Assembly: GCA_037445245.1 (NCBI GenBank)
Contig: JBBIKU010000001.1
Location: forward strand, 6,104-70,103
Source of the DNA: Anaerolineaceae bacterium
Lineage (GTDB): Bacteria > Chloroflexota > Anaerolineae > Anaerolineales > Anaerolineaceae
Reading direction: 5' to 3'
DNA: 64,000 bases
In this document: in pieces, positions 18,815-28,134 of the stretch
Layout of the letters: each line of letters opens with the position of its first letter
How positions within the stretch are numbered: the first letter of the stretch is position 1
The notes under the pieces: model-generated
What the model saw: the letters and a program-made list of their open reading frames with translations, nothing else
Told to the model about the DNA's origin: nothing
Databases searched by the model: none
Program-made: the position numbers and the translations under genes

Positions 18815-19833
18815 ATGCGCACTTTCCTGCAATTTGTGGCACTTTTTATTTTATTGTCGCTGCTAGCGTCGACCACCCTACCAAGTGTCTATGGCACACG
18901 CTACCCGCGCAACATCGAACCGGAATTCGATAGCCGGGTACGACCCATTCACCGTAATGCTTTGATACGCCGTATCCCTGACGCTGTTTTTATCGGCGAT
19001 TCGACTCTGGGGGACAATGTCGATTTTCAACAGATTCATGCGCTGCTGGGGATCAAAACATACGACATCGTCATCTACGGCTCAGCTTCGGCATTGTGGT
19101 ACTTGATCATCAAAAATAACATCGCCGTCTCCCCGATAACGCCAGACTATCTGGTGCTCTTTTTCCGCGAGACAATGCTCACCACACCCGATTACCGAGT
19201 GACCGGGCAATACTTCCCGATCATTGAAGAGTTTGTTGGAAAAAATGATGACTTGCTGGCGCGTTATTCCTATCTTGATCAGATGAGCTGGCTTGAGAAG
19301 CTGGCTGAGCGTTATTTTCCGCTTTACGGCGACCGACTGAACTTCCGCAACAGTTTGGAATATCGCTTCAACCACACCTTACCTTTGCTGCTTCTGACCT
19401 GTGGCGAGTTTTGTGTTTCCGAGGCACGAGAGCTCGTTTACGCCGCAGATCTCGACATGGACCAATTAATGATGGAGCAATTCGGTGCTGAGCACAATCT
19501 GACTCGTGAACAAGATTTTTTCTTTAACTATCGTGTGAGCGTTCCTACCTGCCTGAGATGATCCGCCTAACCAAGGAGAACGGTATTCAGCTCATCCTGG
19601 TGGAAACAAAGACCTTCCCTGCCGCCCTCTCTTCCAATAAATTCTTTCTGAATCTGTGGTACCGAAAGGCATTGCAAGATTACCTGCGCGCCAACTAAGT
19701 CCCCCTGATCAGTTTTACCGATGACCCGCGCCTGCCCAGAAATCTATTTAGAGATTCCCTGCATATGACCAACGAAGGACAAGCGCTTTTCACCCGTTTG
19801 CTGGCGGAAGCGCTGCACCCGCTGAGGCGCTGA
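18815..19833 (+). pseudogene. SGNH/GDSL-like partner of the MBOAT (AlgJ/DltD-like), disrupted
   Basis: N-terminal signal anchor and block I FIGDSTLG lie in frame 2 (18815-19561). The continuation ...YLPEMIRLTKENGIQLILVE... is in frame 1 from about 19528, with an in-frame TAA at 19696-19698. Block V DSLHMTNEG follows, ending at TGA 19831-19833. Confidence 0.65.
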
Positions 19834-19884
19834 CCCCCTTGCCCTGCTAGCCTGTTGGTGAAGCGTCATGCGGCGGCGGATCAA

Positions 19885-20133
19885 TCAAGTAATCCGGCGG
19901 TGCGGGGCGCGCCCGTTTTTCGCTCCCCACCCAAACCGGAGAGTCGATCTGGTTGCCCCCCGGATGTGTGAAAAAAAATCAGTCACCGGCGAATGAGAGG
20001 GAATCTCGTCACCACCACCTTGATTCTGGCGCAATTCTTTTTCAATGAACAAAAGAAAAATAATACGGGCAGCAATGGCATACACTGCTAGTTGCAAAAA
20101 CAACATCCACACAACCTGCGGGATTGCAGACAT
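19885..20133 (-). CDS. Hypothetical small membrane protein (doubtful)
   Basis: 82-aa ORF with one N-terminal TM helix. AGGAGG lies about 14 nt upstream of the ATG. No recognisable family; it could be non-coding. Confidence 0.25.
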   Translation of the reverse strand: MSAIPQVVWMLFLQLAVYAIAARIIFLLFIEKELRQNQGGGDEIPSHSPVTDFFSHIRGATRSTLRFGWGAKNGRAPHRRIT

Positions 20134-20532
20134 GATTCACTCGCGTTCCTCCTTTCATTGATTCACCTGCCAAAGCAGTTATCTTGAAACGAGAGTTTGA
20201 TGCGGCTTTGATGAATTCGTATTGTGTAAGCCCGCTTTAGGCAGGTTCCCTCCTTGACCGAAATAATCCGAATCTGCTACCTCGATATCAGGATTATATA
20301 TTGTATTTATTGGTTATTATTCATCTTTATTATACAATGATATTCTAAGAAGTCAATCACTCGCTCAGCCACTCACTCATCTTCCCAAATCGGAGACAAA
20401 ACAGAACTTCATTGTGTCGCTTTTGATTCCTCGCTCGTCGCCCCCTACCAACGCGAGTACAATTAAGGCAGCCTGTTTCCATCGCGCCGCAATGTCACTG
20501 GTCGCAGCGAGCGATAAGAATTGGAGCGAGCC

Positions 20533-21108
20533 ATGAACGAACAGAATTACCCACCCGAATCCGAAAAGGGAAGAACAGCTGAATTACCGCCCAACACGTT
20601 AAACGCTGCCACAGTCACCATTACCCGCGGCGTTGCACCCAGCGTGAACGCCAACACGGTTACTGTCCGCCAAGGGGTGGTGAAAATCATCAACGCCGAT
20701 GTGCTGGTAGTGCGGCAAGGCAGCGTTCTTAAAGCCGAATCCAAGCAGCTAGAGATGTCACAGAGTGCTGTGGCGCTGGTGCGCAGCGATACCGCCGAAC
20801 TGACCACTTCCAGAGCAGCAGCGGTGGTCGCTGGTGGCGATGTTCACATTGATCAGGGCAGCACTAAGGTGGTGCTGGCGCGTGGCGACGTGCACCTCGA
20901 CCAGGCAGCTTCGGTGGCGGTGTTGGCGCGTAGTGTGCGCTCCGAGAACAGCGCTACCGTTTTTCTGCTGGCAAATAAAATCGAAGGTGATGTACGCACG
21001 GCTTTTGGCACCCGCGAATCGGTGATTTTTGGCGCCGTTGCCGGCGTGGTTGCCAGCATCATCATGTTGGTGGCAAACATGATCAAAGCGCGCAAAAAGA
21101 AATCCTGA
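20533..21108 (+). CDS. Tail-anchored protein built from 15/16-residue repeats (predicted beta-solenoid)
   Basis: ATG 20533 is preceded by GGAG (20523-20526). There are eight to nine consecutive V.(V/I).QG-type repeats (VTITRGVAPSVNANT / VTVRQGVVKIINADV / LVVRQGSVLKAESKQ / ... / VHIDQGSTKVVLARGD / VHLDQAASVAVLARS), then one C-terminal TM helix and KARKKKS. Confidence 0.6.
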   Translation: MNEQNYPPESEKGRTAELPPNTLNAATVTITRGVAPSVNANTVTVRQGVVKIINADVLVVRQGSVLKAESKQLEMSQSAVALVRSDTAELTTSRAAAVVAGGDVHIDQGSTKVVLARGDVHLDQAASVAVLARSVRSENSATVFLLANKIEGDVRTAFGTRESVIFGAVAGVVASIIMLVANMIKARKKKS

Positions 21109-21141
21109 ACGCCGCCCCATCTTACTTGGAGATCAAGTAAC

Positions 21142-22197
21142 TTATGAATGGTTAGTGGCTATGCGCAGTTCCTCGAGCGCCTGGTCACACGCTTCAGCCG
21201 GAATAACTCGCAGCGCTGTCGATCGCTGTCCCACCATAAACTTCAACAGCGTCTTGCCCGCCGGTAGCATCGTCGCCCCGCCGTAGACCGTAGTTGCCAG
21301 CGCGCCCAACCCTGCCGCCAGGAAAGCAATCGCCGGCAGGCTCAATCCCCTCAACCAGCCAAAAAGAAGCCCGGCACAAAAGGCATCTCCGGCACCGGTA
21401 GCATCCACGGTTTCCGCTGCCAGCGCCGGAAACCTCACCCGCTCCCCCGTCGTCGCCAGCAGACAGCCCTCGCCACCCAGTTTGAGCGCCGTCAGGCTCA
21501 CCGGCTGTGCCAGCAAGCGGTCAGTTGCCCGCTCGGGATCAGCGCTACCGAGCAACACCCGGGCTTCATCCACCCCCATCGCACACAACGCCAGCCCTGG
21601 CAAGAGTTTGCGCATTTCATTAGGACAATGAAGCGCCGGGTCGAGGGCGGTATCCAAGCTGAGGGCGACCCCGCCACGACGCGCCAGAGCCACCGCCTGC
21701 CACAGCGCCTGGCGCTGCGGCGCTTCCAGTAAGGCATAACCAGAAAGATGCAGTGCCCCCGCCCCTGCAAAAACCATATCGCCAATTGCTATGGGGTCAA
21801 GTCGGGTATTTGCGCCGCGACAGGTATACATGGTGCGTTCGCCGTCAGGTGTCACCGCCACAAAAGACAAACCGGTCACCGCCTCAGCGCTGCGCTGCAC
21901 ACCGCCGATATCCACTCCGGCATCTGCCACTGCCGACAACACAAGCTCAGCCCAGGCATCTTGCCCGCAGCATGCCAGCAGGCGCGCTGGAACACCCAGC
22001 CGCGCCAACACAACCGCGCTGCCAGCGGCACTCCCGCCAGGGCGCAGCGCCACCTGCTGCGCAAAAGATTCTCTGCCGGGTTGAGGAAGTGCATCAATCG
22101 CCATAACCGCGTCAAGGCTGATGTCACCCAGCACCACCACCGCTTTGCTGCCCACGCAAGCAGCATGCCCGCCTCGCCCTACCCCCATTGCAGGCAT
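21142..22197 (-). CDS. PfkB-family carbohydrate/nucleoside kinase
   Basis: 351 aa with the ribokinase-like fold signature VDATGAGDAFCAG near the C-terminus. Its ATG directly abuts the rseC-like stop (22198-22200). Confidence 0.8.
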   Translation of the reverse strand: MPAMGVGRGGHAACVGSKAVVVLGDISLDAVMAIDALPQPGRESFAQQVALRPGGSAAGSAVVLARLGVPARLLACCGQDAWAELVLSAVADAGVDIGGVQRSAEAVTGLSFVAVTPDGERTMYTCRGANTRLDPIAIGDMVFAGAGALHLSGYALLEAPQRQALWQAVALARRGGVALSLDTALDPALHCPNEMRKLLPGLALCAMGVDEARVLLGSADPERATDRLLAQPVSLTALKLGGEGCLLATTGERVRFPALAAETVDATGAGDAFCAGLLFGWLRGLSLPAIAFLAAGLGALATTVYGGATMLPAGKTLLKFMVGQRSTALRVIPAEACDQALEELRIATNHS

Positions 22198-22641
22198 CTA
22201 CGGTTCTTTCGGCGGGTGCACACTCATAATGGTGGGATTAACGTGTTTGGTTTGGGGTTGTAATCGAGAAAATACATAAAGAGACAGCGTATACAACGCC
22301 ACCAGCCCAATCCCCACCAGCAGGGAGAATAATTCGGGATTAACCGTGAACCAATGCATGCCCGCAAACACACCGCCCAGCAACAATATCAATGGCGCTC
22401 CGTAAAGCAGAAAGGAGGCGATCATCACGCTGCGTCCCGAGATCGATACTTGCACCCGATCACCTGGCTGAACACCGATCGGATCAGTGGCAGTAAGACT
22501 CCTTTCCTGTGCCTCGCCCGGAGCACACATCAGGCGCGCCCCGCAATGATGGCAGTCTTCACCTTGCGTCAGGCGAACAACCGCCATGCCGTTTCCGACT
22601 TTTTCTACAATGCCAATTTCAAAGAATTCTTCGCCGTTCAT
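22198..22641 (-). CDS. RseC/MucC-family (SoxR-reducing system) protein
   Basis: 147 aa with the N-terminal G.V..V.NGMAVVRL....C..CGAR..C motif and two C-terminal TM helices. This is the typical rnf-associated position. Confidence 0.75.
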   Translation of the reverse strand: MNGEEFFEIGIVEKVGNGMAVVRLTQGEDCHHCGARLMCAPGEAQERSLTATDPIGVQPGDRVQVSISGRSVMIASFLLYGAPLILLLGGVFAGMHWFTVNPELFSLLVGIGLVALYTLSLYVFSRLQPQTKHVNPTIMSVHPPKEP

Positions 22642-22671
22642 GGCTCACAATGGTAGCCGGTTTGCCGTCGA

Positions 22672-23472
22672 TCAAACATCATGAATCAGGATCGCCTTGG
22701 TTGGGCATTTGTCGACCGGAATCAAATCCAGGTTGAGATTTTTATAATCGACCACCCGCGCCAAATAATCTTCAACTACGATCGTCCCTTCCGAAGGGCG
22801 GGCACAGATTCCGCAGGCGATGCACGCCGCCGCGCAAATCTTGCGCGCCGTGCGCGGCTCGTCATGATTTTGGCAATAAACCACCAACTTGCGGTCAATC
22901 GGGTGGATTTCAATGATGCCCCGTGGGCAGGCTTTGGCGCACAACTCACAGCCGGTGCACAGGTCTTCTATCACCACCGGTAGTCCATTTTCATTCATGT
23001 AAATGGCGTCAACCGGGCAAACCTTGACGCAGTCGCCACCGCCCAGACAGCCGTAGGCACACAACTTGTCGCCGCTTGCTACCTGCACCATGGCAGCGCA
23101 ATCAGACGGTCCTTCATAGTGAGCGGGCTTCTTGACTGCTTCTGCCTCACCACCCTGACACAGGACATATGCCACACGAGTGATCGTCTCACCGGCATCC
23201 ACTCCCAGCAGGTTGGCAACTTGTTGAGCCACTTCAGCGCCGCCCACCGGGCAACCGTTGGGTGCAACCTGCCCTGCCACCGCTTGGACCGCAAAATCAT
23301 AGCATCCGGCAGTGCCGCAGGCGCCGCAGTTGACGTTGGGCAGTACCTCGTACACTCGAGCCACCAGCGGATTTTCTTCGACGCGCAGCTTCTTGTCCGC
23401 AATAGCAAGTATGACGGCAAAGAACAGTCCCAAACCGCCCATGGTGGAAATAGCCATCAGCGTCGTGTCCAT
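22672..23472 (-). CDS. rnfB: Rnf electron-transport complex subunit B
   Basis: 266 aa with an N-terminal TM helix, CGACGTAGC, and several CxxCxxCxxxCP ferredoxin motifs. Confidence 0.85.
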   Translation of the reverse strand: MDTTLMAISTMGGLGLFFAVILAIADKKLRVEENPLVARVYEVLPNVNCGACGTAGCYDFAVQAVAGQVAPNGCPVGGAEVAQQVANLLGVDAGETITRVAYVLCQGGEAEAVKKPAHYEGPSDCAAMVQVASGDKLCAYGCLGGGDCVKVCPVDAIYMNENGLPVVIEDLCTGCELCAKACPRGIIEIHPIDRKLVVYCQNHDEPRTARKICAAACIACGICARPSEGTIVVEDYLARVVDYKNLNLDLIPVDKCPTKAILIHDV

Positions 23473-23482
23473 ATCACCGCAC

Positions 23483-24484
23483 TCACCTTTCCTGTTGCAC
23501 CAGATAACCCCTAAAACCAGAACTCATTAATATTTTACCCGATTTGTCAACAATTAACGATTCCACACCTGGCAAGCTTTCCACCAACGCTAATCCATCC
23601 GCTGCACCCAAAACAAACACTGCCGTCGACAGGGCATCGGCATCAGTGCAATCGGCGGCGATCACCGTCACACTTTGCGCGCCTTGCGCTGGCATGCCGC
23701 TGCGCGGATCAAGTATGTGATGGTACCGACGACCGCCCTGCTCAAAGTATTGCTCGTAATCACCCGAGGTTGCAACGGCGATATCCTCAAGCGCAAGCGT
23801 GCCAATTAGCTCGCCCTGGCGGCGGGGATGCTGAATGCCCACCCGCCAGCCGCCGCCCACGGCAGCAATATCGCCACCGGCGTTGATCAGCGCCTGCTGT
23901 ACACCATGCCGGCGCAAGGCGTCCGCCGCCTGCTGCACGGCGTAGCCCTTCCCAATTCCGCCCAGGTCCAATTCAACTCGGTGGGGGCGCTTGAGGCGGT
24001 TTTGATCCAACAACTGCAACTGTCCCCACCCTGAGTGTTCCAGCGCATCTAATCGGTCGTGTTCCAATGGCAAGGCAGGGGAACCACCGCCGAATCCCCA
24101 AACGGTCACCAGCGCCCCCAGCGAGGCATCAAAGGCACCGTCCGATCGTTGCCACCACTCGTCGCTGCGCTGCAACAGGCGGTAAATTTCAGGTTCAACA
24201 ACAATCGTGGAGGTCGGGGCGTGATTGGCACGCCACAGCGGGCTATCAGGTCGTTGAGCCGAGAGCAATGCTTCGACCCGCGCCACTTCGGTAAAAGCAG
24301 CCTGAATGGCTGCCTCGGCGCTGCCGGTTTGGGACTGGCGCACCTGAATCTCAATCAACGTCCCCATGGCGATGCGGGTGCGTTTTACAGTTGTTAAAGG
24401 TCGCTCTTCAAAAAGACCCGCCAGCGCGTATCCTGCCAGGAACAACAACATCAACCCGCCGGTGTAAATAGCAGTTTTTCTCAT
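23483..24484 (-). CDS. apbE: FAD:protein FMN transferase (ApbE family)
   Basis: Start trimmed to ATG 24484 (MRKTAIYTGGLMLLFLAG..., signal anchor). DLGGIGKGYAV and TSGDYEQYF blocks are present. Confidence 0.8.
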   Translation of the reverse strand: MRKTAIYTGGLMLLFLAGYALAGLFEERPLTTVKRTRIAMGTLIEIQVRQSQTGSAEAAIQAAFTEVARVEALLSAQRPDSPLWRANHAPTSTIVVEPEIYRLLQRSDEWWQRSDGAFDASLGALVTVWGFGGGSPALPLEHDRLDALEHSGWGQLQLLDQNRLKRPHRVELDLGGIGKGYAVQQAADALRRHGVQQALINAGGDIAAVGGGWRVGIQHPRRQGELIGTLALEDIAVATSGDYEQYFEQGGRRYHHILDPRSGMPAQGAQSVTVIAADCTDADALSTAVFVLGAADGLALVESLPGVESLIVDKSGKILMSSGFRGYLVQQER

Positions 24485-24516
24485 GTGGAGCAGCCGAACC
24501 CACCTGACAACTTGCT

Positions 24517-25263
24517 TCAGGTGGATACAATCTCGACCAACAAGCGGTTGGGAGCACAGGCAATCACATCCCCGACTGCAGAGATCCAGCCAGTGTGTTC
24601 GCAGATGCGATTCCTGCAACTCGCTTGCTGCGCCCGCACCATACCATCCTGAAACTGTAGCAGGGTTTTACCCAACGCCCCGGATACCTTAACTGAACGG
24701 TAAGCACGACTTAATGGAATGTGATCGACAACGCCCTTCTCATTGCGGATGACTGCCACGAGGACGTCGCTGCCCACCCGCCGCGGCAGCCAGTCAGCGG
24801 CGACATAGACAGCATTGAACAAGAAAGCCGCCCTGCGCCCGCGCAGTGCAGCGCGTAGCTCCGCCAGCGCCGATGGAAAATCCAACTCCGGGTCATAAAC
24901 AGGACGGGCATCATCGCTCAGCAGCAAATCGGAGTCCACTGCCACTGGGAGTGGCTCAAATCGAAAGTTGACGTTCCCTCTGGCAGCAAACCTCTCGGCT
25001 TCTGCAACAGGATCAAACGCATCGGCAATTGCAGCCGCCCAGCGCCCTTTCGCGGTGATGCTGGCTGATGTATCGCGGCGCACAAAAGGGTTGAATGCTG
25101 CTACTGCCGATTGCAGCACTTCGGCATCGCCGGGCAAGAATCCGTACAGGCTAAGGAAACGATTTTGCCGTGGAAGGCTTTTGATCTTTCCGGCACCGTA
25201 CCCCAATCCCAGCGCGGCGGTGGCGAGTGCAGACAATTTGAGAAATTCACGACGAGTAATCAT
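24517..25263 (-). CDS. Tat-signal protein with a C-terminal NusG-domain-II-like (DUF1312) module
   Basis: 248 aa with a perfect twin-arginine motif TRREFLKL. The C-terminus reads ...CRNRICEHTGWISAVGDVIACAPNRLLVEI, matching the NusG_II pattern. Confidence 0.65.
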   Translation of the reverse strand: MITRREFLKLSALATAALGLGYGAGKIKSLPRQNRFLSLYGFLPGDAEVLQSAVAAFNPFVRRDTSASITAKGRWAAAIADAFDPVAEAERFAARGNVNFRFEPLPVAVDSDLLLSDDARPVYDPELDFPSALAELRAALRGRRAAFLFNAVYVAADWLPRRVGSDVLVAVIRNEKGVVDHIPLSRAYRSVKVSGALGKTLLQFQDGMVRAQQASCRNRICEHTGWISAVGDVIACAPNRLLVEIVST

Positions 25264-25329
25264 AGGTTTTCCTGTTCGATTTCCAAAACTTTCAGGCGGT
25301 ATTCACATCCAGCATCCCGGCACAGGTTT

Positions 25330-25902
25330 CTAGACCATCCCGGCGAATCCCAGAAATGCCAGCGCCAGAATGCCTGCGACGATCAATGTAATTGGCGCAC
25401 CGCGAAATGCTGGCGGCACGTCCGCCAGTTCCAGTTGTTCGCGGATACTCGCCATCAAGATTAGCGCCAGGGTAAAACCGGCGCCAGCGCCCACCCCGAA
25501 CACCAAGCTCTGAATAAAGTTGTATTCGCGCAGCGAGAGGAACAGTGCCAGTCCCAAGATGGCACAATTGGTGGTAATCAGTGGCAAATAGATGCCCAAG
25601 GCGCGGTAAAGCGGCTGGCTGACCTTTTTAATTACCATTTCGATAAATTGCACCAGCGAGGCGATCACCAGGATAAAGGACGGTATCTGCAGAAATTCCA
25701 GGTTGTAAGGCACCAGCACTTGATTGAAAAGCAGCCAGCTAATCATTGCTGTGATCGACATCACAAAGGTAGTTGCCATACCCATCGATATCGATGAACT
25801 AACTTTGCTCGATACACCGATGAAAGGGCAGATGCCCAAGAAATAAGTCAGGACGAAATTATTGACGACAGCCGCCGAGAAGAATAACAAAGCCAGTTCC
25901 AT
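25330..25902 (-). CDS. rnfA: Rnf complex subunit A
   Basis: Start trimmed to ATG 25902 (MELALLFFSAAVVNNFVLTYFLGICPFIG...). About 190 aa and 6 TM helices. Confidence 0.9.
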   Translation of the reverse strand: MELALLFFSAAVVNNFVLTYFLGICPFIGVSSKVSSSISMGMATTFVMSITAMISWLLFNQVLVPYNLEFLQIPSFILVIASLVQFIEMVIKKVSQPLYRALGIYLPLITTNCAILGLALFLSLREYNFIQSLVFGVGAGAGFTLALILMASIREQLELADVPPAFRGAPITLIVAGILALAFLGFAGMV

Positions 25903-25903
25903 C

Positions 25904-26584
25904 TTACACCCCCGCCCGTTCCAACGGCGACCGGGCATCTGCTCGCTTGTACCCGGCGAGCACCGTCTCGCGCTGGCGGCGACGCTGGCGAGCGACGTAT
26001 TCATTGGCAGCGGCAATCATCAACCCCAGCGTGACAAAGGCTCCGGGGGGGAGGATCATGATCAACCAGGGTTGAAAGGTTTCGGGCAGCACAGCAAAAC
26101 CCAGGATGGTACGCGAACCAAACAGTTCGCGCACGCTGCCCAGAGCAAACAACGCCAGCAGAAACCCACTGCCATTGCCCAGCGCGTCCAACACTGCTCG
26201 TCCGGGATTGTTCTTGGAGGCAAACGCCTCCTGTCTACCCAGAATCAAGCAGTTGACCACAATCAACGGGATGAAAGGCCCCATCGCCCGGCTCAAATCG
26301 GCGAACTGCGCCTTCATTACCAGATCCACAATCGTGACGAAGGTGGCAATGATGACAATGTAAACTGCAATGCGCACCTGCGAAGGAATAAGTTTGCGGA
26401 TGAACGAAATGATCAGGCTCGAAAAGAACAGGACAAAAGTAACCGCCAACCCCATGGCAATGCCGTTGATGGCGCTAACGGTCACTGCCAGGGTGGGACA
26501 CATGCCAAGCATTTGCTTGAAGATAGGATTGATCTCCCACAGTCCCTTGACGTATTCTTTGCCCAGGCTCATTCTTTGGTTCAT
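25904..26584 (-). CDS. rnfE: Rnf complex subunit E
   Basis: ...NPIFKQMLGMCPTLAVT..., polytopic. ATG 26584 with GAGG 5 nt upstream is preferred over TTG 26599. Confidence 0.85.
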   Translation of the reverse strand: MNQRMSLGKEYVKGLWEINPIFKQMLGMCPTLAVTVSAINGIAMGLAVTFVLFFSSLIISFIRKLIPSQVRIAVYIVIIATFVTIVDLVMKAQFADLSRAMGPFIPLIVVNCLILGRQEAFASKNNPGRAVLDALGNGSGFLLALFALGSVRELFGSRTILGFAVLPETFQPWLIMILPPGAFVTLGLMIAAANEYVARQRRRQRETVLAGYKRADARSPLERAGV

Positions 26585-26591
26585 ATTTGCC

Positions 26592-27146
26592 TCATTCAAC
26601 CAATGAGCGGCGAAGCTCCGCTACACCTTCGTTGATGATATCTACCACCGCCCGGCTTGAGATGGTGGCGCCCGTGATGGCTTGCACTTCGTTGGGCATC
26701 GAAGGTGCAGCACCTTTAACCCAGGTAATCGCCGGTGAAGTCACCAATCCTTTGAACTGGTCTTTAAATTTCTCTTCGTTGATCAGCGCTCCAAGCCCCG
26801 GCGTTTCGCTGTCTTCGAGTACTTCGATGGCGACGATCTGACTCAAATCTTCGTTCAAGCCAGCCATCAGCCGGATGGTGCCCTGGTAGCCTGTGCCTTC
26901 ATAAACCATGGCGTAACCGACAAACCGATCGTCAGAATCAAACACCCGGTAAACGGTGAAATCAACGCCCTCCACCTTTTCGTAACGTTCGCCCGCGGGT
27001 TGCACCATGAAAACAGCTTGTTCAGTCGTTGCGTCGAGATTGGCAGTAATGAGCGACTGTGCCCACGCGTTCACCCGTGAAAGGATACCGCCAGAAATAA
27101 TCGCCACTGTACCCAGAGTCAAAACCATTACCAGCACCTGCTTCAT
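26592..27146 (-). CDS. rnfG: Rnf complex subunit G (FMN-binding)
   Basis: Start trimmed to ATG 27146 (an ATGA overlap with the rnfD stop). Signal anchor MKQVLVMVLTLG and flavinylation motif ITGATISS. Confidence 0.85.
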   Translation of the reverse strand: MKQVLVMVLTLGTVAIISGGILSRVNAWAQSLITANLDATTEQAVFMVQPAGERYEKVEGVDFTVYRVFDSDDRFVGYAMVYEGTGYQGTIRLMAGLNEDLSQIVAIEVLEDSETPGLGALINEEKFKDQFKGLVTSPAITWVKGAAPSMPNEVQAITGATISSRAVVDIINEGVAELRRSLVE

Positions 27147-28117
27147 TTCGACATCCCAAAAATGCGCGGCGTGGTGTACCGATTGATCAGCGGAACAAGT
27201 GCGTTCATCAACAGCACTGAAAACAGAACCCCTTCCGGTAAACCCCCAAACCAGCGGATGAGCATTACCAGAGACGCAATTCCCACACCAAAAATTACCT
27301 TCCCACGCGGGGTAAGCGGCGAGGTCGTCCAGTCGGTTGCCATGAAGAAGGCAGCCAGCATGAACCCACCTGCAAAGAGGTGGAACAAGGGCGAAGGCGA
27401 TGTCTCGGGACTGATCAGCCAACCAATCAGACTCAGCCCACCCAATCCCAATATCATCGAGAGCGGAATGCGCCAGTTAACAATACCAATAGCGATCAGA
27501 AAGACGCCTCCGATCAAAATTGCCAGAGTTGAAGTCTCACCCAAACAACCTCCGATATTACCCAAAAACAATGGTAAAGTCGGGGAGAGAATGCCTTCAA
27601 ATTTAATGGCAGCCAGGGGAGTCGCATTCGTAACGGCATCGACGGCAAGATCAGGGATCTTCCAAGCGGTCATCGCAACCGGGAATGAAACCGCTAGAAA
27701 AGCACGTCCCACCAGCGCAGGATTGAAAACATTGTAACCCAAACCGCCAAAGATCTGTTTGCCCAAACCAATCGCGACCACGCCCCCCAGCGCCGCCATA
27801 CCCAGCGGAAAATCAGGCGGTAGTGTCAGCGCCAGCAGCAAGCCGGTGACGGTGGCGCTGCCGTCGCTCAAAGTTAGCGAACGTTTGCGCATCACCTGGG
27901 TTGCGCCCTCGGTTAGGTTGGTAGCGAGAATTGCTGCCGCCATCACTGCCAACTGATAAGCACCAAAAATAACCACCGCCGCTACCACACACGGCACCAG
28001 AGCCAGCACCACCAGCCACATCACCTTCTTCGTCGTCCACCGCGAATGTAAATGTGGCGAACTGGTCAAACTCAGCAGGCTCGATTCGTTGGGGTTAGAA
28101 GTGGAGAGTGTCGTCAT
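27143..28117 (-). CDS. rnfD: Rnf complex subunit D
   Basis: 324 aa, polytopic, with the FMATDWTTSPLT block. Confidence 0.9.
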   Translation of the reverse strand: MTTLSTSNPNESSLLSLTSSPHLHSRWTTKKVMWLVVLALVPCVVAAVVIFGAYQLAVMAAAILATNLTEGATQVMRKRSLTLSDGSATVTGLLLALTLPPDFPLGMAALGGVVAIGLGKQIFGGLGYNVFNPALVGRAFLAVSFPVAMTAWKIPDLAVDAVTNATPLAAIKFEGILSPTLPLFLGNIGGCLGETSTLAILIGGVFLIAIGIVNWRIPLSMILGLGGLSLIGWLISPETSPSPLFHLFAGGFMLAAFFMATDWTTSPLTPRGKVIFGVGIASLVMLIRWFGGLPEGVLFSVLLMNALVPLINRYTTPRIFGMSK

Positions 28118-28134
28118 AGATTGATTCGAGCTGG

